From Coprothermobacterota bacterium (lineage in GTDB: Bacteria > Coprothermobacterota > Coprothermobacteria > Coprothermobacterales > Coprothermobacteraceae): a DNA stretch of 64,000 bases. Under the pieces are notes generated by a model. It saw only the letters and a list, made by a program, of their open reading frames with translations. It had not been told where the DNA came from and did no database searches. Positions 27,680-37,436 of the stretch are shown in pieces (positions within the stretch are counted from its first letter, which is position 1; the number at the start of each line of letters is the position of its first letter). The DNA lies in contig JAZIGN010000003.1 in assembly GCA_036679065.1 (NCBI GenBank), positions 32,001 through 96,000 of the forward strand, written 5' to 3'. Made by a program: the position numbers and the translations under genes.

Positions 27680-28441
27680 GTGTTAACTTATGAGAGAAGG
27701 CGTTTTGTCCTGGAGTTATTGAAGAAAGAGGGGAAAGTAGAAGTTAACAAACTAGCACAGCAACTAAATGTATCGCCTATGACAATAAGAAGAGATTTAG
27801 ATGCTCTGTCAGAACAAGGTTTAGCCTTTCGTACCAGAGGAGGAGCCATATCACCCAACATAAACTACGAACTACCTCTTGAAGAAAAGATGGTTTCAAG
27901 AGCTGAAGTAAAGAGCAGAATAGGTGAGCGTGCTGCAGCACTAATAGAAGAAAACGAATCCATACTGCTGGATGCGGGGACTACGTGTTTGGCTTTGGCA
28001 AGGCGCGTACAAAGCATGCATTTAACAGTTATAACAAGCGATGTGAGAATTGCTTTTGAGCTCTATAGAAGTCCCACAATTAAGCTTATCGTACTCGGCG
28101 GCATCGTCCAAGCAAACGTGGGCGCCATAACTGGTTCCTTTGCCGAAGAAATGATAGAGTCGTTAACCGTTGATAAAGCCTTTATAGGAACTTCTGCCGT
28201 GGACAATGGGCTTTTCTTATCCACGCCCACTTTGGAGAAGGCTTCCTTAAAGCGAAAGTTCATAAAGAATGCCAACTCCGCCATTTTACTTGCAGACTCC
28301 TCTAAATTCGGTCGCTCATCTTTGTTCAAAATTTGTCATTTGGAACAGCTTGACCTGGTCATTACTGACGATCGTTTAGATGATTTCTTTATCCAGGAAA
28401 TGGAAGCTGTAGGCGTCAACTACGACCTTGTAGAGGGATGA
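27680..28441 (+). CDS. DeoR/GlpR family transcriptional regulator
   Basis: VSPMTIRRDL HTH, LDAGTT, ADSSKF. Confidence 0.93.
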   Translation: MLTYERRRFVLELLKKEGKVEVNKLAQQLNVSPMTIRRDLDALSEQGLAFRTRGGAISPNINYELPLEEKMVSRAEVKSRIGERAAALIEENESILLDAGTTCLALARRVQSMHLTVITSDVRIAFELYRSPTIKLIVLGGIVQANVGAITGSFAEEMIESLTVDKAFIGTSAVDNGLFLSTPTLEKASLKRKFIKNANSAILLADSSKFGRSSLFKICHLEQLDLVITDDRLDDFFIQEMEAVGVNYDLVEG

Positions 28442-29715
28442 ATAACATGTTGAGAGCAGCCATAATAGCAGATGATTTTACCGGTGCCAATGCCACAGGC
28501 ATATTGCTTAAGAAGAAGGGACTAGAAGTGACCACGTTACTTAGGCCGAGCCATGACCTGGAGCAAATCGACGCAGAAGTAGTTTCCATAAGTACTAACT
28601 CGCGAGGCATAAGTGCAGAAGAGGCCTATGAGCAAGTTTACGAAGCAGCAAAGACTGTACTTGAAAGAACTCCGTACATAGCTAAGAGAATCGACAGCAC
28701 ACTGAGAGGTAATTTAGGGGCTGAAATAGACGCCGTGCTCGACGCAGCTGGACAGGAATATAAAGCCGTAGTTGTACCTGTCTATCCGAAATCCGGAAGA
28801 ATATGTGTGGGAGGATATTTACTGGTAAATGGCACTCCACTTCAGCTCACCGAAGTAGCAAAGGACCCGAAGTGCCCCATTAGATCGTCTAATGTAAAAG
28901 AGCTGATTTCGCTTCAGACAAAAAGAGCTGTCGCTAATATCAAACTGGATGTTGTGGCAGCTGGTAAAGAAGCCATTGCAGAAGCTTTTTCACAAATAGA
29001 GGAAAACATAGTGGTTTTTGATGCTGTCACTGACGATGACATAGAAAACATTGCGTCAGCTTTAAGTTGCCAAGAGAAAGTCATTTGTGTTGACCCTGGT
29101 CCTTTCACAGCAGCTTTTATGGATCAAAAGTTGGGTTTTCAAAAACAAGACAGCGTGTTTCTTATTCTTGGTAGCGTTTCAGAGCTTACCACAGCCCAGG
29201 TGAACTACTTATTAAAACGGAAAGAGGCTTACATCTATAAAATAAGTGTTCCTGACATCCTAAGTGATCAAGAGGCTGCTACAAAGAGATGTTTGGAAGC
29301 ATTAGATCAGCATTACAAGCCGGGGCTCATAATGGGGATCACCACTAAAGGCGATACGGCAGACGTTCTTGATCTGCAAAGCTATTCAATGAAAGCACAG
29401 TGTGAGTTAGAAGATGTATCAAACCGCATAAATCGAACGTTAAGCCACGTCAGCTACTTGTTCTTAAAAGACAAACCCTTCAAAAGCATCTACATAACTG
29501 GAGGAGATACCGCTCTTGCCTTTTTTGACGTACTTGGGATCAATGAGTTCACTGTGAAGTCTGAGGTGTTACCTTTGGCTGTTCATGGTACCGCAAAAGT
29601 TGATGACCGACTTTACAACGTGGTCACAAAAGGTGGTTTAGTGGGCAGCGAAGATGCGCTTTATGAGATTGTCAACTACTTAGAGTCTTTAAGAAAAGGA
29701 GAACAAGAGCCATGA
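28438..29715 (+). CDS. four-carbon acid sugar kinase (DUF1537, DtnK/DenK family)
   Basis: IADDFTGA, KRIDSTLRGN, TGGDTA, TKGG. Confidence 0.9.
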   Translation: MNNMLRAAIIADDFTGANATGILLKKKGLEVTTLLRPSHDLEQIDAEVVSISTNSRGISAEEAYEQVYEAAKTVLERTPYIAKRIDSTLRGNLGAEIDAVLDAAGQEYKAVVVPVYPKSGRICVGGYLLVNGTPLQLTEVAKDPKCPIRSSNVKELISLQTKRAVANIKLDVVAAGKEAIAEAFSQIEENIVVFDAVTDDDIENIASALSCQEKVICVDPGPFTAAFMDQKLGFQKQDSVFLILGSVSELTTAQVNYLLKRKEAYIYKISVPDILSDQEAATKRCLEALDQHYKPGLIMGITTKGDTADVLDLQSYSMKAQCELEDVSNRINRTLSHVSYLFLKDKPFKSIYITGGDTALAFFDVLGINEFTVKSEVLPLAVHGTAKVDDRLYNVVTKGGLVGSEDALYEIVNYLESLRKGEQEP

Positions 29716-30725
29716 GAAGAATTATTGCCATACCCCTGGGAGATGTGGCAGGCATAGGGCCTGAAATCGTTGTGAAAACTTTGAACAATCCAGAAATTTA
29801 CGAGGTTTGCAAGCCGGTGGTGGTGGGACACTCAGCGCCATTACAAAAAGCCATGAAAGTATGCGGAACATATCTGAAGATTAATCAAATACCTGCGCCT
29901 GAAGAAGGGTTGTATCAGCCCGGGACTTTAGATTTAATTGAACTAGATTGCCCAGGTATAGAAAAAATCGAGTTTGGGAGAATTCAAAAAGAGGCAGGCC
30001 TTTTTGCTTTTGAATTCATCAAAAAGAGTGTAGAACTGGCACTTAACCACAAAGTAAGCGCATTAGCCACCACGCCCATAAACAAAGAGGCATTGAAAGC
30101 AGCTGGCGTTCCTTATATTGGCCATACGGAAATGCTAGCCGACATGTGCGGAGTGTCCAACCCTCTTACCATGTTCCAGGTAAAGAACTTGAGAGTGTTC
30201 TTCTTTACTAGACACCTTTCATTATTGGAAGCTATCAAAGCTATCAAAAAGGAAGATCTTTTGGCACATATAAGGATGGACATGAAAGCACTTCAGTCCT
30301 TAGGTGTTGAAAAACCCAAACTTGCAGTGGCAGCGCTGAATCCTCATGCTGGCGAACATGGATTATTCGGACACGAGGAGCTCGAGGAAATTGAACCTGC
30401 TGTAAAGAAAGCACAAAGTGAAGGGTTAAACGTGACAGGCCCGATCCCAGCGGATTCAGTTTTTTACAAGGCGCTGCAAGGCGATTTCGACGCCGTTCTT
30501 TCTTTGTATCACGATCAAGGTCACATAGCTACTAAGATGGTTGATTTTGAAAGAACTATTTCTCTAACCTTGGGGTTGCCTTTTATTAGAACTTCTGTGG
30601 ACCACGGTACTGCTCTTGACATAGCTGGTAAAGGAATTGCCACTAGCACCAGTATGGAAGAGGCCATAAGGTTGGCAGCTCAGTACGCCCCAGTATACAG
30701 ATACGACCTACTTACCACAGGGTAA
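29712..30725 (+). CDS. pdxA: PdxA2-type 4-phospho-D-threonate/erythronate dehydrogenase
   Basis: GIGPE, GHTE, LNPHAGE, YHDQGH, RTSVDHGTA; adjacent to the DUF1537 kinase. Confidence 0.9.
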   Translation: MRRIIAIPLGDVAGIGPEIVVKTLNNPEIYEVCKPVVVGHSAPLQKAMKVCGTYLKINQIPAPEEGLYQPGTLDLIELDCPGIEKIEFGRIQKEAGLFAFEFIKKSVELALNHKVSALATTPINKEALKAAGVPYIGHTEMLADMCGVSNPLTMFQVKNLRVFFFTRHLSLLEAIKAIKKEDLLAHIRMDMKALQSLGVEKPKLAVAALNPHAGEHGLFGHEELEEIEPAVKKAQSEGLNVTGPIPADSVFYKALQGDFDAVLSLYHDQGHIATKMVDFERTISLTLGLPFIRTSVDHGTALDIAGKGIATSTSMEEAIRLAAQYAPVYRYDLLTTG

Positions 30726-30783
30726 CAGCCTTCAGTAGCTACTGAAGGTCAAAATACTTTTAACTGTTTTGGGAGGTGTGAAG

Positions 30784-32154
30784 ATGTCAGGTCCTCAAAT
30801 GATCTTCGGTTTGGTGGTGGGCATCGCAGTACTCATTTTTCTCATTCTCCGTACCAAAATCCATCCTTTCTTGGCTCTTATTATTTCTGCTTCTTTGACA
30901 GGCATTATTGGCGGAATGAACCCACCGGATGTAATCAAGTCCATCACTAACGGCTTTGGTAGTACGTTAGCCAGCATTGGTATTGTTATCGGTTTTGGCG
31001 TAATGATGGGAAGAATTCTTGAGATTAGTGGTGCAGCTCAGAGAATGGCTTACACGTTTTTGAAGATTTTCGGAAAGGGCCGAGAGGAATTGGCCATGGC
31101 TTTAACTGGATATGTGGTTTCCATACCCATCTTCTGTGACTCCGGCTTCGTAATTCTCTCGCCCATAGCCAAAGCTCTTTCGCGCACCACGAAGAAGTCT
31201 GTCATATCCATTGGTGTGGCACTAGCGGTGGGCTTAGTAGCAACTCACCACGCAGTACCGCCAACCCCGGGTCCATTAGGGGTAGCAGGAATCTTCCAAG
31301 TAGACGTTGGGTTAATGATTCTGTGGGGAATATTGTTCGCTATCCCCATAACCATTGTGGGTGTACTTTACGCAAAATGGTTGGGTAACCGCATTTACCA
31401 AATACCCACAAGTGATGGCCTAGGCTGGACCAGAGACAAGACTCAAGCTGAGCACATACAAAGATTAGAAGTAGAAAACAACGATCAAAAAGAGCTTCCT
31501 TCGGTGGTGAGTTCTTTTGCACCTATTGTGGTGCCCATCATATTAATCTTGCTAAATACGGTATTGACAGCCATGAAACTTACATCACCTCTTGTAAACT
31601 ACATTCTCTTCTTCGGCAACCCTGTCATTGCCGTGGGTATCGGGTTGATTATTGCTATTTACACACTGGTGCCTGGAATGGACCGAAAAGAAGTCACCAA
31701 ACTCATGGAAGAAGGCGTTTCGTCGGCAGGCATAATCATCCTAATAACTGGCGCAGGTGGCTCTTTGGGACAGGTGCTTCGAGACAGCGGAGCCGGTGAT
31801 TATGTCGCAAAAATCATCGCAGGTACTGGCCTACCTGCCATCTTGCTACCTTTCTTTGTCGCCACTTTGGTAAGACTTGTGCAAGGCAGTGGAACAGTTG
31901 CCATGATAACTTCAGCTTCGATCACGGCCCCCATATTAGCAACAATGAATGTTAATCCTGTATTAGCTGCACAGGCAGCATGCTTAGGAGCAATGGTTTT
32001 TTCTTATTTCAATGATAGTTACTTTTGGGTTGTCAACAGATTGTTAGGCGTGGAAGATGTCAAAGAACAGATCATGACGTGGTCGGTTCCCACGACCCTG
32101 GGATGGGCAACTGCTTTAGTAATGCTGCTCATAGCCAACCTTATCTTAGCTTAG
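30784..32154 (+). CDS. GntP family permease
   Basis: IPIFCDSGF, PPTPGP, QGSGTVA, NDSYFW. Confidence 0.9.
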   Translation: MSGPQMIFGLVVGIAVLIFLILRTKIHPFLALIISASLTGIIGGMNPPDVIKSITNGFGSTLASIGIVIGFGVMMGRILEISGAAQRMAYTFLKIFGKGREELAMALTGYVVSIPIFCDSGFVILSPIAKALSRTTKKSVISIGVALAVGLVATHHAVPPTPGPLGVAGIFQVDVGLMILWGILFAIPITIVGVLYAKWLGNRIYQIPTSDGLGWTRDKTQAEHIQRLEVENNDQKELPSVVSSFAPIVVPIILILLNTVLTAMKLTSPLVNYILFFGNPVIAVGIGLIIAIYTLVPGMDRKEVTKLMEEGVSSAGIIILITGAGGSLGQVLRDSGAGDYVAKIIAGTGLPAILLPFFVATLVRLVQGSGTVAMITSASITAPILATMNVNPVLAAQAACLGAMVFSYFNDSYFWVVNRLLGVEDVKEQIMTWSVPTTLGWATALVMLLIANLILA

Positions 32155-32185
32155 CCTAAACGTCATCGTAAATCACTACTAATTA

Positions 32186-32221
32186 AGTAGGGGCGAGAAG
32201 TTTTCTCGCCCCTGCTTTTTT
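32186..32221. terminator. intrinsic terminator between convergent gntP-like and hydrogenase genes
   Basis: AGTAGGGGCGAGAA-GTT-TTCTCGCCCCTGCT followed by a T-run. Confidence 0.85.
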
Positions 32222-32222
32222 C

Positions 32223-33968
32223 TTATCTGGTCACCCGGTAAAGCGGTTTTGAAGAATAGTGAGTATGGAGCAAGTGATGGGATTTTTCGCTTAGAGGATG
32301 CCCAAGGTATTCCTCGTAAATCTGTTTTATGGCTGGGTTTTCGTGAGATTTTCTTAGAGGCAAATTCCTATCGGCTTGATAAATGGCAGCAGCTCTTAGT
32401 TTCCTGACTTCAGCCATTTCATTGGGATGATGTATGGGCTGGCCACCACCTGTGATGCAACCACCGGGGCAGCCCATGATTTCAATGAAGTGGTACTCGG
32501 CTTCACCACTCCTGATCTTGTCCAAGAGTTTTCTGGCATTACCGGTCCCATTGACGATGGCCAGCTTCAGATCCGTTCCATCCACCGTTACAGTGGCTTC
32601 TCTTACACCATCAAGGCCCCTGACCTCTTCAAAGTCGATCTTGTCCAACGGTTTGCCTTCAACAATTTCGCTTACGGTTCTCAAAGCTGCTTCCATGACA
32701 CCACCAGTGGCACCAAATATTACTGCAGCACCTGTGGACATACCCAGTGGCTGATCAAATTCCTCATCAGGCAAGTTAACGAAATCAATACCAGCTTCCT
32801 TAATCATGCGTGCTAGCTCGCGTGTGGTAAGGACTGCGTCAACATCCTGCAAGCCATCGTGCATGTTTTCAGGCCTTTCAATTTCAACCTTCTTTGCTGT
32901 GCAGGGCATGACTGAAACCACATACACATCTTCTGGGTTCCAGCCCATCTTCTCAGCGTAGTACGTCTTGATTAACGCACCCAGCATCATGTGTGGTGAT
33001 TTGCACGTAGACAAGTTTTCCACGAAATCCGGATAGTACTTTTCGCAGAAGTTAATCCAACCTGGGCTGCAGGAAGTAATCATGGGCAACTTCCCACCAT
33101 ATTTAAGCCTTTCAATAAGCTCAGAGCCTTCTTCCATGATGGTAAGGTCAGCACCAAAGTCTGTATCGAAGACCACTTCAAAGCCCAATCGCCTCAGAGC
33201 AGCTACCATTTTTCCAGTGACTATGCTGCCCACAGGCATGCCAAATTCCTCACCCAAAGCCACTCTTACTGCAGGCGCTGTTTGAACCACAACATGTTTA
33301 CGTTTGTCAGCTAAAGCCCTGTAAACCCTCTGGATGTGGTCTTTTTCGTACAGTGCTCCTGTGGGACAAGCGGTTATGCATTGGCCACAACTGATGCAAG
33401 GAGAATCATTCAGACTCACATAGTAAGGTGCAGAAACCAATGTATCAAAACCTCTGTTCACAGCACCTATGGCAAAAACATTCTGTACTTCCTGACATTC
33501 TGCAATGCACCTGCGGCACAGGACACACTTATTTGGATTCCTGACAATGGCAGGTGAAGCATCATCCAAGGGGTAGTTGACGTTTTCGCCTTGGAATTCA
33601 ATGTCAGTAATGCCAAACCGTTCTGCCAAATCCTGTAGCTCACACTTGGTATTTCTTATGCAGGTCAGGCAATTCCGGTCATGATTGGAAAGAATAAGCT
33701 CCAGGTTTACTCTGCGTGCTTCTCTGACCCGGGGCGTATTGGTACGAATGTTCATACCATTCTGTACCGGATAAATGCAAGATGCCGGTAAATTCCTAAC
33801 GCCATCGACCTCTACCACGCACAGGCGGCAGGAACCAATCTCATTAATCACTTCTGCATAACACAATGTGGGTATGTCAATGCCTGCTTCTCGGCAAGCC
33901 TGCAAAACTGTGTAGTTACTTGGAACCTCTAGAGTAATGCCATCTATGGTCACAGTTACCTTGTCCAT
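32223..33968 (-). CDS. hydA: [FeFe]-hydrogenase catalytic subunit (group A3, HydA/HndD)
   Basis: H-cluster motifs TSCSPGW, MPCTAKKVE, EIMGCPGGC; N-terminal 2Fe-2S, His-ligated 4Fe-4S and 2x4Fe-4S domains. Confidence 0.95.
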   Translation of the reverse strand: MDKVTVTIDGITLEVPSNYTVLQACREAGIDIPTLCYAEVINEIGSCRLCVVEVDGVRNLPASCIYPVQNGMNIRTNTPRVREARRVNLELILSNHDRNCLTCIRNTKCELQDLAERFGITDIEFQGENVNYPLDDASPAIVRNPNKCVLCRRCIAECQEVQNVFAIGAVNRGFDTLVSAPYYVSLNDSPCISCGQCITACPTGALYEKDHIQRVYRALADKRKHVVVQTAPAVRVALGEEFGMPVGSIVTGKMVAALRRLGFEVVFDTDFGADLTIMEEGSELIERLKYGGKLPMITSCSPGWINFCEKYYPDFVENLSTCKSPHMMLGALIKTYYAEKMGWNPEDVYVVSVMPCTAKKVEIERPENMHDGLQDVDAVLTTRELARMIKEAGIDFVNLPDEEFDQPLGMSTGAAVIFGATGGVMEAALRTVSEIVEGKPLDKIDFEEVRGLDGVREATVTVDGTDLKLAIVNGTGNARKLLDKIRSGEAEYHFIEIMGCPGGCITGGGQPIHHPNEMAEVRKLRAAAIYQADRNLPLRKSHENPAIKQIYEEYLGHPLSEKSHHLLHTHYSSKPLYRVTR

Positions 33969-33986
33969 GCGGCTTCAGACCTCCTT

Positions 33987-35777
33987 TTACTGTTTCACAA
34001 TGGCACCAAATGGGCACTTCTCAAAGCATGTACCGCACTTGATGCAAGCTTCTTGATTAATCACATGAGGCTGCTTAAGTTCCCCTGAAATGGCATTCAC
34101 GGGGCAATTCCTTGCGCACAAACCACAGCCTTTGCATTTGTCAGCAACGATGGTATAGGAAAGCAATGCTTGGCATACACCAGCAGGACACTTCTTCTGG
34201 TTGATGTGAGCCTCATATTCATTTCTGAAGTACCTAAGCGTGGAAAGAACAGCGTTAGGCGCCGTCTGTCCCAAACCGCACAGTGCTGTATCTTTAATGG
34301 TTGTAGCCAGCTTCTCTAGCCGATCGATATCTTCAGGTTCTCCCTTACCTGACGTAATCTTATCTAGGATTTCCAGCATTCTCTTTGTACCGATTCTGCA
34401 TGGAGCACACTTTCCACAAGATTCATCTACGATGAATTCCAGGAAGAATTTTGCAACGTTAACCATGCATGTATCTTCGTCCATGACCACCAGTCCGCCT
34501 GAGCCCATCATTGCGCCCAAGCTAATAAGTGAGTCGTAGTCAATCACGGTGTCCAAGTGTTCTTCAGGTATGCAACCACCAGATGGACCGCCTATTTGAA
34601 CGGCTTTAAACCTTTTTCCGTCAGGAATTCCGCCACCAATGTCAAAAATGATCTCCCTAAGAGTGGTACCCATGGGAACCTCAATGAGTCCTGTACGGTT
34701 CACCTTTCCAGTTAGTGCAAACACTTTAGTCCCTTTGGATTTCTCAGTACCGATGGATGAGAACCACTCTGCACCGTTGCTTATGATGACAGGAACGTTA
34801 GCAAAAGTCTCTACGTTATTTATAATGGTGGGTTTATTCCAAAGCCCTTTAACTGCCGGATAAGGAGGTCTGGGCCTGGGTTCACCACGTCTACCCATGA
34901 CAGAGTTCAATAAGGCAGTTTCTTCTCCGCACACGAAAGCGCCTGCTCCAAACCTTATCTCCACATCGAAGCTGAAGTCGGTTCCAAATATGTTGTCACC
35001 CAACAAGCCGTATTCACGTGCCTGCTTTATGGCAATCTGAAGACGTTTTACAGCCAAGGGGTACTCGGCTCTTACATAAATGACGCCGTGGTTAGCACCA
35101 ATGGCGTAACCCGCAATAGCCATGCCTTCCAGCACACTGTGGGGATCACCTTCCATGATACTTCTGTCCATGAAAGCACCGGGGTCACCTTCGTCAGCAT
35201 TGCACACCACGTATTTGGGGGTCTCTTTCTGTTTGTAAGCAAATTCCCACTTCAATCCCGTGGGGAATCCACCGCCGCCTCTACCCCTTAAACCTGACTT
35301 CTTCATTTCGTCAATGACTTGCTCAGGGGTCATCGTAGTTAAGACCTTGCCTAGTGCCTCATATGCCCCCATGGCAATGGCTTCTTCAATATCTTCTGGA
35401 TCGATGATGCCGCAGTTCCTCAGAGCAACACGCATTTGTTTTTTGTAGAATGTGGTTTCTTCCAGTGGTTTTATTTCTTTTTCGGTGACTGTTTCACCAA
35501 ACAGGTACTTAGTTACTGGTCTGCCTTTTAGCAAATGTTCTTCAACGATTTCGGGAACATATTCTGGCTTCATTTTGCTGTAAAACACACCTTCTGGGTA
35601 AATAACGACTACCGGCCCCAACTCGCACAAACCAAAACAACCAGTTCTTATTACTGCTACCTCTTTGTCTAAACCTGCTTTCTTTATTTCATTGACAAAA
35701 GCAGCAGCTACATTATCGGAACCAGAAGAAGTGCACCCTGTGCCTCCACATACCATTACGTGTGATCTATAAAGCAT
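33987..35777 (-). CDS. hydB: NuoF-like diaphorase subunit (HydB/HndC)
   Basis: GRGGGGFPTG, CNADEGDPGAFMDR, GEETAL, GGPSGG, ESCGKCAPCR; C-terminal 2x4Fe-4S. Confidence 0.93.
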   Translation of the reverse strand: MLYRSHVMVCGGTGCTSSGSDNVAAAFVNEIKKAGLDKEVAVIRTGCFGLCELGPVVVIYPEGVFYSKMKPEYVPEIVEEHLLKGRPVTKYLFGETVTEKEIKPLEETTFYKKQMRVALRNCGIIDPEDIEEAIAMGAYEALGKVLTTMTPEQVIDEMKKSGLRGRGGGGFPTGLKWEFAYKQKETPKYVVCNADEGDPGAFMDRSIMEGDPHSVLEGMAIAGYAIGANHGVIYVRAEYPLAVKRLQIAIKQAREYGLLGDNIFGTDFSFDVEIRFGAGAFVCGEETALLNSVMGRRGEPRPRPPYPAVKGLWNKPTIINNVETFANVPVIISNGAEWFSSIGTEKSKGTKVFALTGKVNRTGLIEVPMGTTLREIIFDIGGGIPDGKRFKAVQIGGPSGGCIPEEHLDTVIDYDSLISLGAMMGSGGLVVMDEDTCMVNVAKFFLEFIVDESCGKCAPCRIGTKRMLEILDKITSGKGEPEDIDRLEKLATTIKDTALCGLGQTAPNAVLSTLRYFRNEYEAHINQKKCPAGVCQALLSYTIVADKCKGCGLCARNCPVNAISGELKQPHVINQEACIKCGTCFEKCPFGAIVKQ

Positions 35778-35802
35778 TCTTCTTCACCTCCAAGAACGAC
35801 CT

Positions 35803-36183
35803 TTACTCCAGTTCAGCGCTTTCCAACGTCCATTCCCTAATGGGATGTCCATTTATGACATGTTCTACAACTACTTGCCTAGCTTTATCAGGATCCATCT
35901 TTATGTAAGTAACTTTCTCATGGCCAGGTACGTACACTTCTACGATGGGTTCAAACTTGCAGAGTCCAATGCAGCCCGTTTCTACCACGGTAACACCCGT
36001 CACATTTCGCTTCTCCAACTCATCCAAAATGGCCATCATCACAGGTCTGGCACCAGCAGCAATGCCGCAAGTTGCCATGCCCACAGTAATTCTTGTTCCT
36101 GAACGATCACTTCTGATGTTTACCTTGCGTAAGGCTTCTTCTCTGATTTTTTGCAGATCCTCTAAGGTCTTAATCTGCTTCAT
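35803..36183 (-). CDS. thioredoxin-like 2Fe-2S ferredoxin subunit (HydD/HndB)
   Basis: VGMATCGIAAGA, GCIGLCKFEP. Confidence 0.88.
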   Translation of the reverse strand: MKQIKTLEDLQKIREEALRKVNIRSDRSGTRITVGMATCGIAAGARPVMMAILDELEKRNVTGVTVVETGCIGLCKFEPIVEVYVPGHEKVTYIKMDPDKARQVVVEHVINGHPIREWTLESAELE

Positions 36184-36763
36184 AATCCTTTTTTGCCCCC
36201 TCTTTCTTGGAAATATTTATGTTGGGAAGAATTTCAATGCTTCCCTGATTTACGTAATCTTTAATCCAATTGAGTACGGAAGGCTCTGTAATGTTTACTC
36301 CTTGAAGAACTTCTCTGATTTGTGCAGAGTCGAATGTAAATGAGTAATCATTTAACGTGAAACGATAAACCAGATTAAGTTCTGGGTTGGATACAAGCAA
36401 CGAAACAATGGTAGAACCCATATCGCCCAAGGGAACAAGATCCACGCTAGATAATTTCATCTTTCCTTCGATAATCGTCCCTTCCCCTTCTTTAGATTTG
36501 ATGGTAAGCGTACCTCCGCACTGCTCAACCAAATCCTTAAAAAAAGGAATTCCCAGACCGAAACGGCGTTCCTTCCTACTGGTAAAGAAGGGATCCGTCA
36601 CTCTTTCCACTAAGTGTGGGCTCATACCCTTCCCGTCATCTACTATTCTGATTAATAAATGGTCCGCTTTAACGTCAGCAGTAATGTCGATGGTGATATG
36701 CTTTGCTCCGGCGACAACGCTGTTCTGTGCAAGATCCAATACATACAGAGCCAATTCCTTCAT
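36170..36763 (-). CDS. histidine-kinase-like (GHKL) ATP-binding protein
   Basis: QNS, DDGKG, PFFTSR, GLG, GEGT boxes; no HisKA domain. Confidence 0.85.
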   Translation of the reverse strand: MKELALYVLDLAQNSVVAGAKHITIDITADVKADHLLIRIVDDGKGMSPHLVERVTDPFFTSRKERRFGLGIPFFKDLVEQCGGTLTIKSKEGEGTIIEGKMKLSSVDLVPLGDMGSTIVSLLVSNPELNLVYRFTLNDYSFTFDSAQIREVLQGVNITEPSVLNWIKDYVNQGSIEILPNINISKKEGAKKDYEAD

Positions 36764-36775
36764 GCTCCTCCCGCT

Positions 36776-37294
36776 TTACTCAACCTCAGCGGCAGCCTGA
36801 GAGAGATCCTGTTTCTTTATCCTTTGTATTACTTTTACAGCTTCGTCGGGCGTAAGACGTCCATAGACCTCTCCGTTGATCATCATGACCGGAGCCAAGG
36901 CACAAGCTCCCAGGCATCTTGCGGCTTCTAATGAAAACATACCGTCGGAAGTAGTCTCTCCTTCGTTAATGCCCAAGTTCTCTTTGAGCTTCTCGAGGAT
37001 TTGTCCGCTACCTCTGACGTAACAGGCGGTCCCCAAGCACAAGCTAATCTTGTACTTACCAGCAGGGATGATGCTAAACCGCGAGTAGAAGGTCACAATG
37101 CCAAAAATCTCCGTCAAGGGCACACCAGTTTCCTTTGAAATGAGTTCTTGTACTTGAAATGGGACGTAACCAAAGATTTCCTGTGCCTCGTTAAGAATGG
37201 AGATCATGGAACCTGGCACCTTTTTTAGTTCGTCGAGCTTCGTCCTGAATTCTTCAACCTTATCGATGCCAAACAGTTCATAAAGTTGTTCCAT
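36776..37294 (-). CDS. hydC: NuoE-like 2Fe-2S subunit (HydC/HndA)
   Basis: TFYSRF, CLGTACYVRG, CLGACALAP. GGAGGG SD before 37294. Confidence 0.92.
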   Translation of the reverse strand: MEQLYELFGIDKVEEFRTKLDELKKVPGSMISILNEAQEIFGYVPFQVQELISKETGVPLTEIFGIVTFYSRFSIIPAGKYKISLCLGTACYVRGSGQILEKLKENLGINEGETTSDGMFSLEAARCLGACALAPVMMINGEVYGRLTPDEAVKVIQRIKKQDLSQAAAEVE

Positions 37295-37379
37295 TTGCTT
37301 CCCTCCCAAAAAAGCTATTTTCGCTGAATCTTTTTTCGGTGAACACTAGCAAAATACTAAGCAATTTTTCCACCAAACC

Positions 37380-37410
37380 ATTATAACACATTACGTGAAT
37401 TCTATAACGA
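37380..37410 (-). promoter_or_regulatory. extended -10 promoter for hydrogenase structural genes with a Rex-like imperfect palindrome
   Basis: Minus-strand TGTTATAAT (37380-37388); TCGTTATAGAATTCACGT at 37393-37410. Confidence 0.45.
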
Positions 37411-37436
37411 GTTTAAAAAGGCTTTTCAGAAACCTT

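Noticed and set aside
23272..37393. Shared 12-mer TATAACACATTA upstream of purE (23272) and hydC (37382)
   Set aside because: AT-rich and overlapping -10 elements in different registers; likely promoter-composition coincidence.
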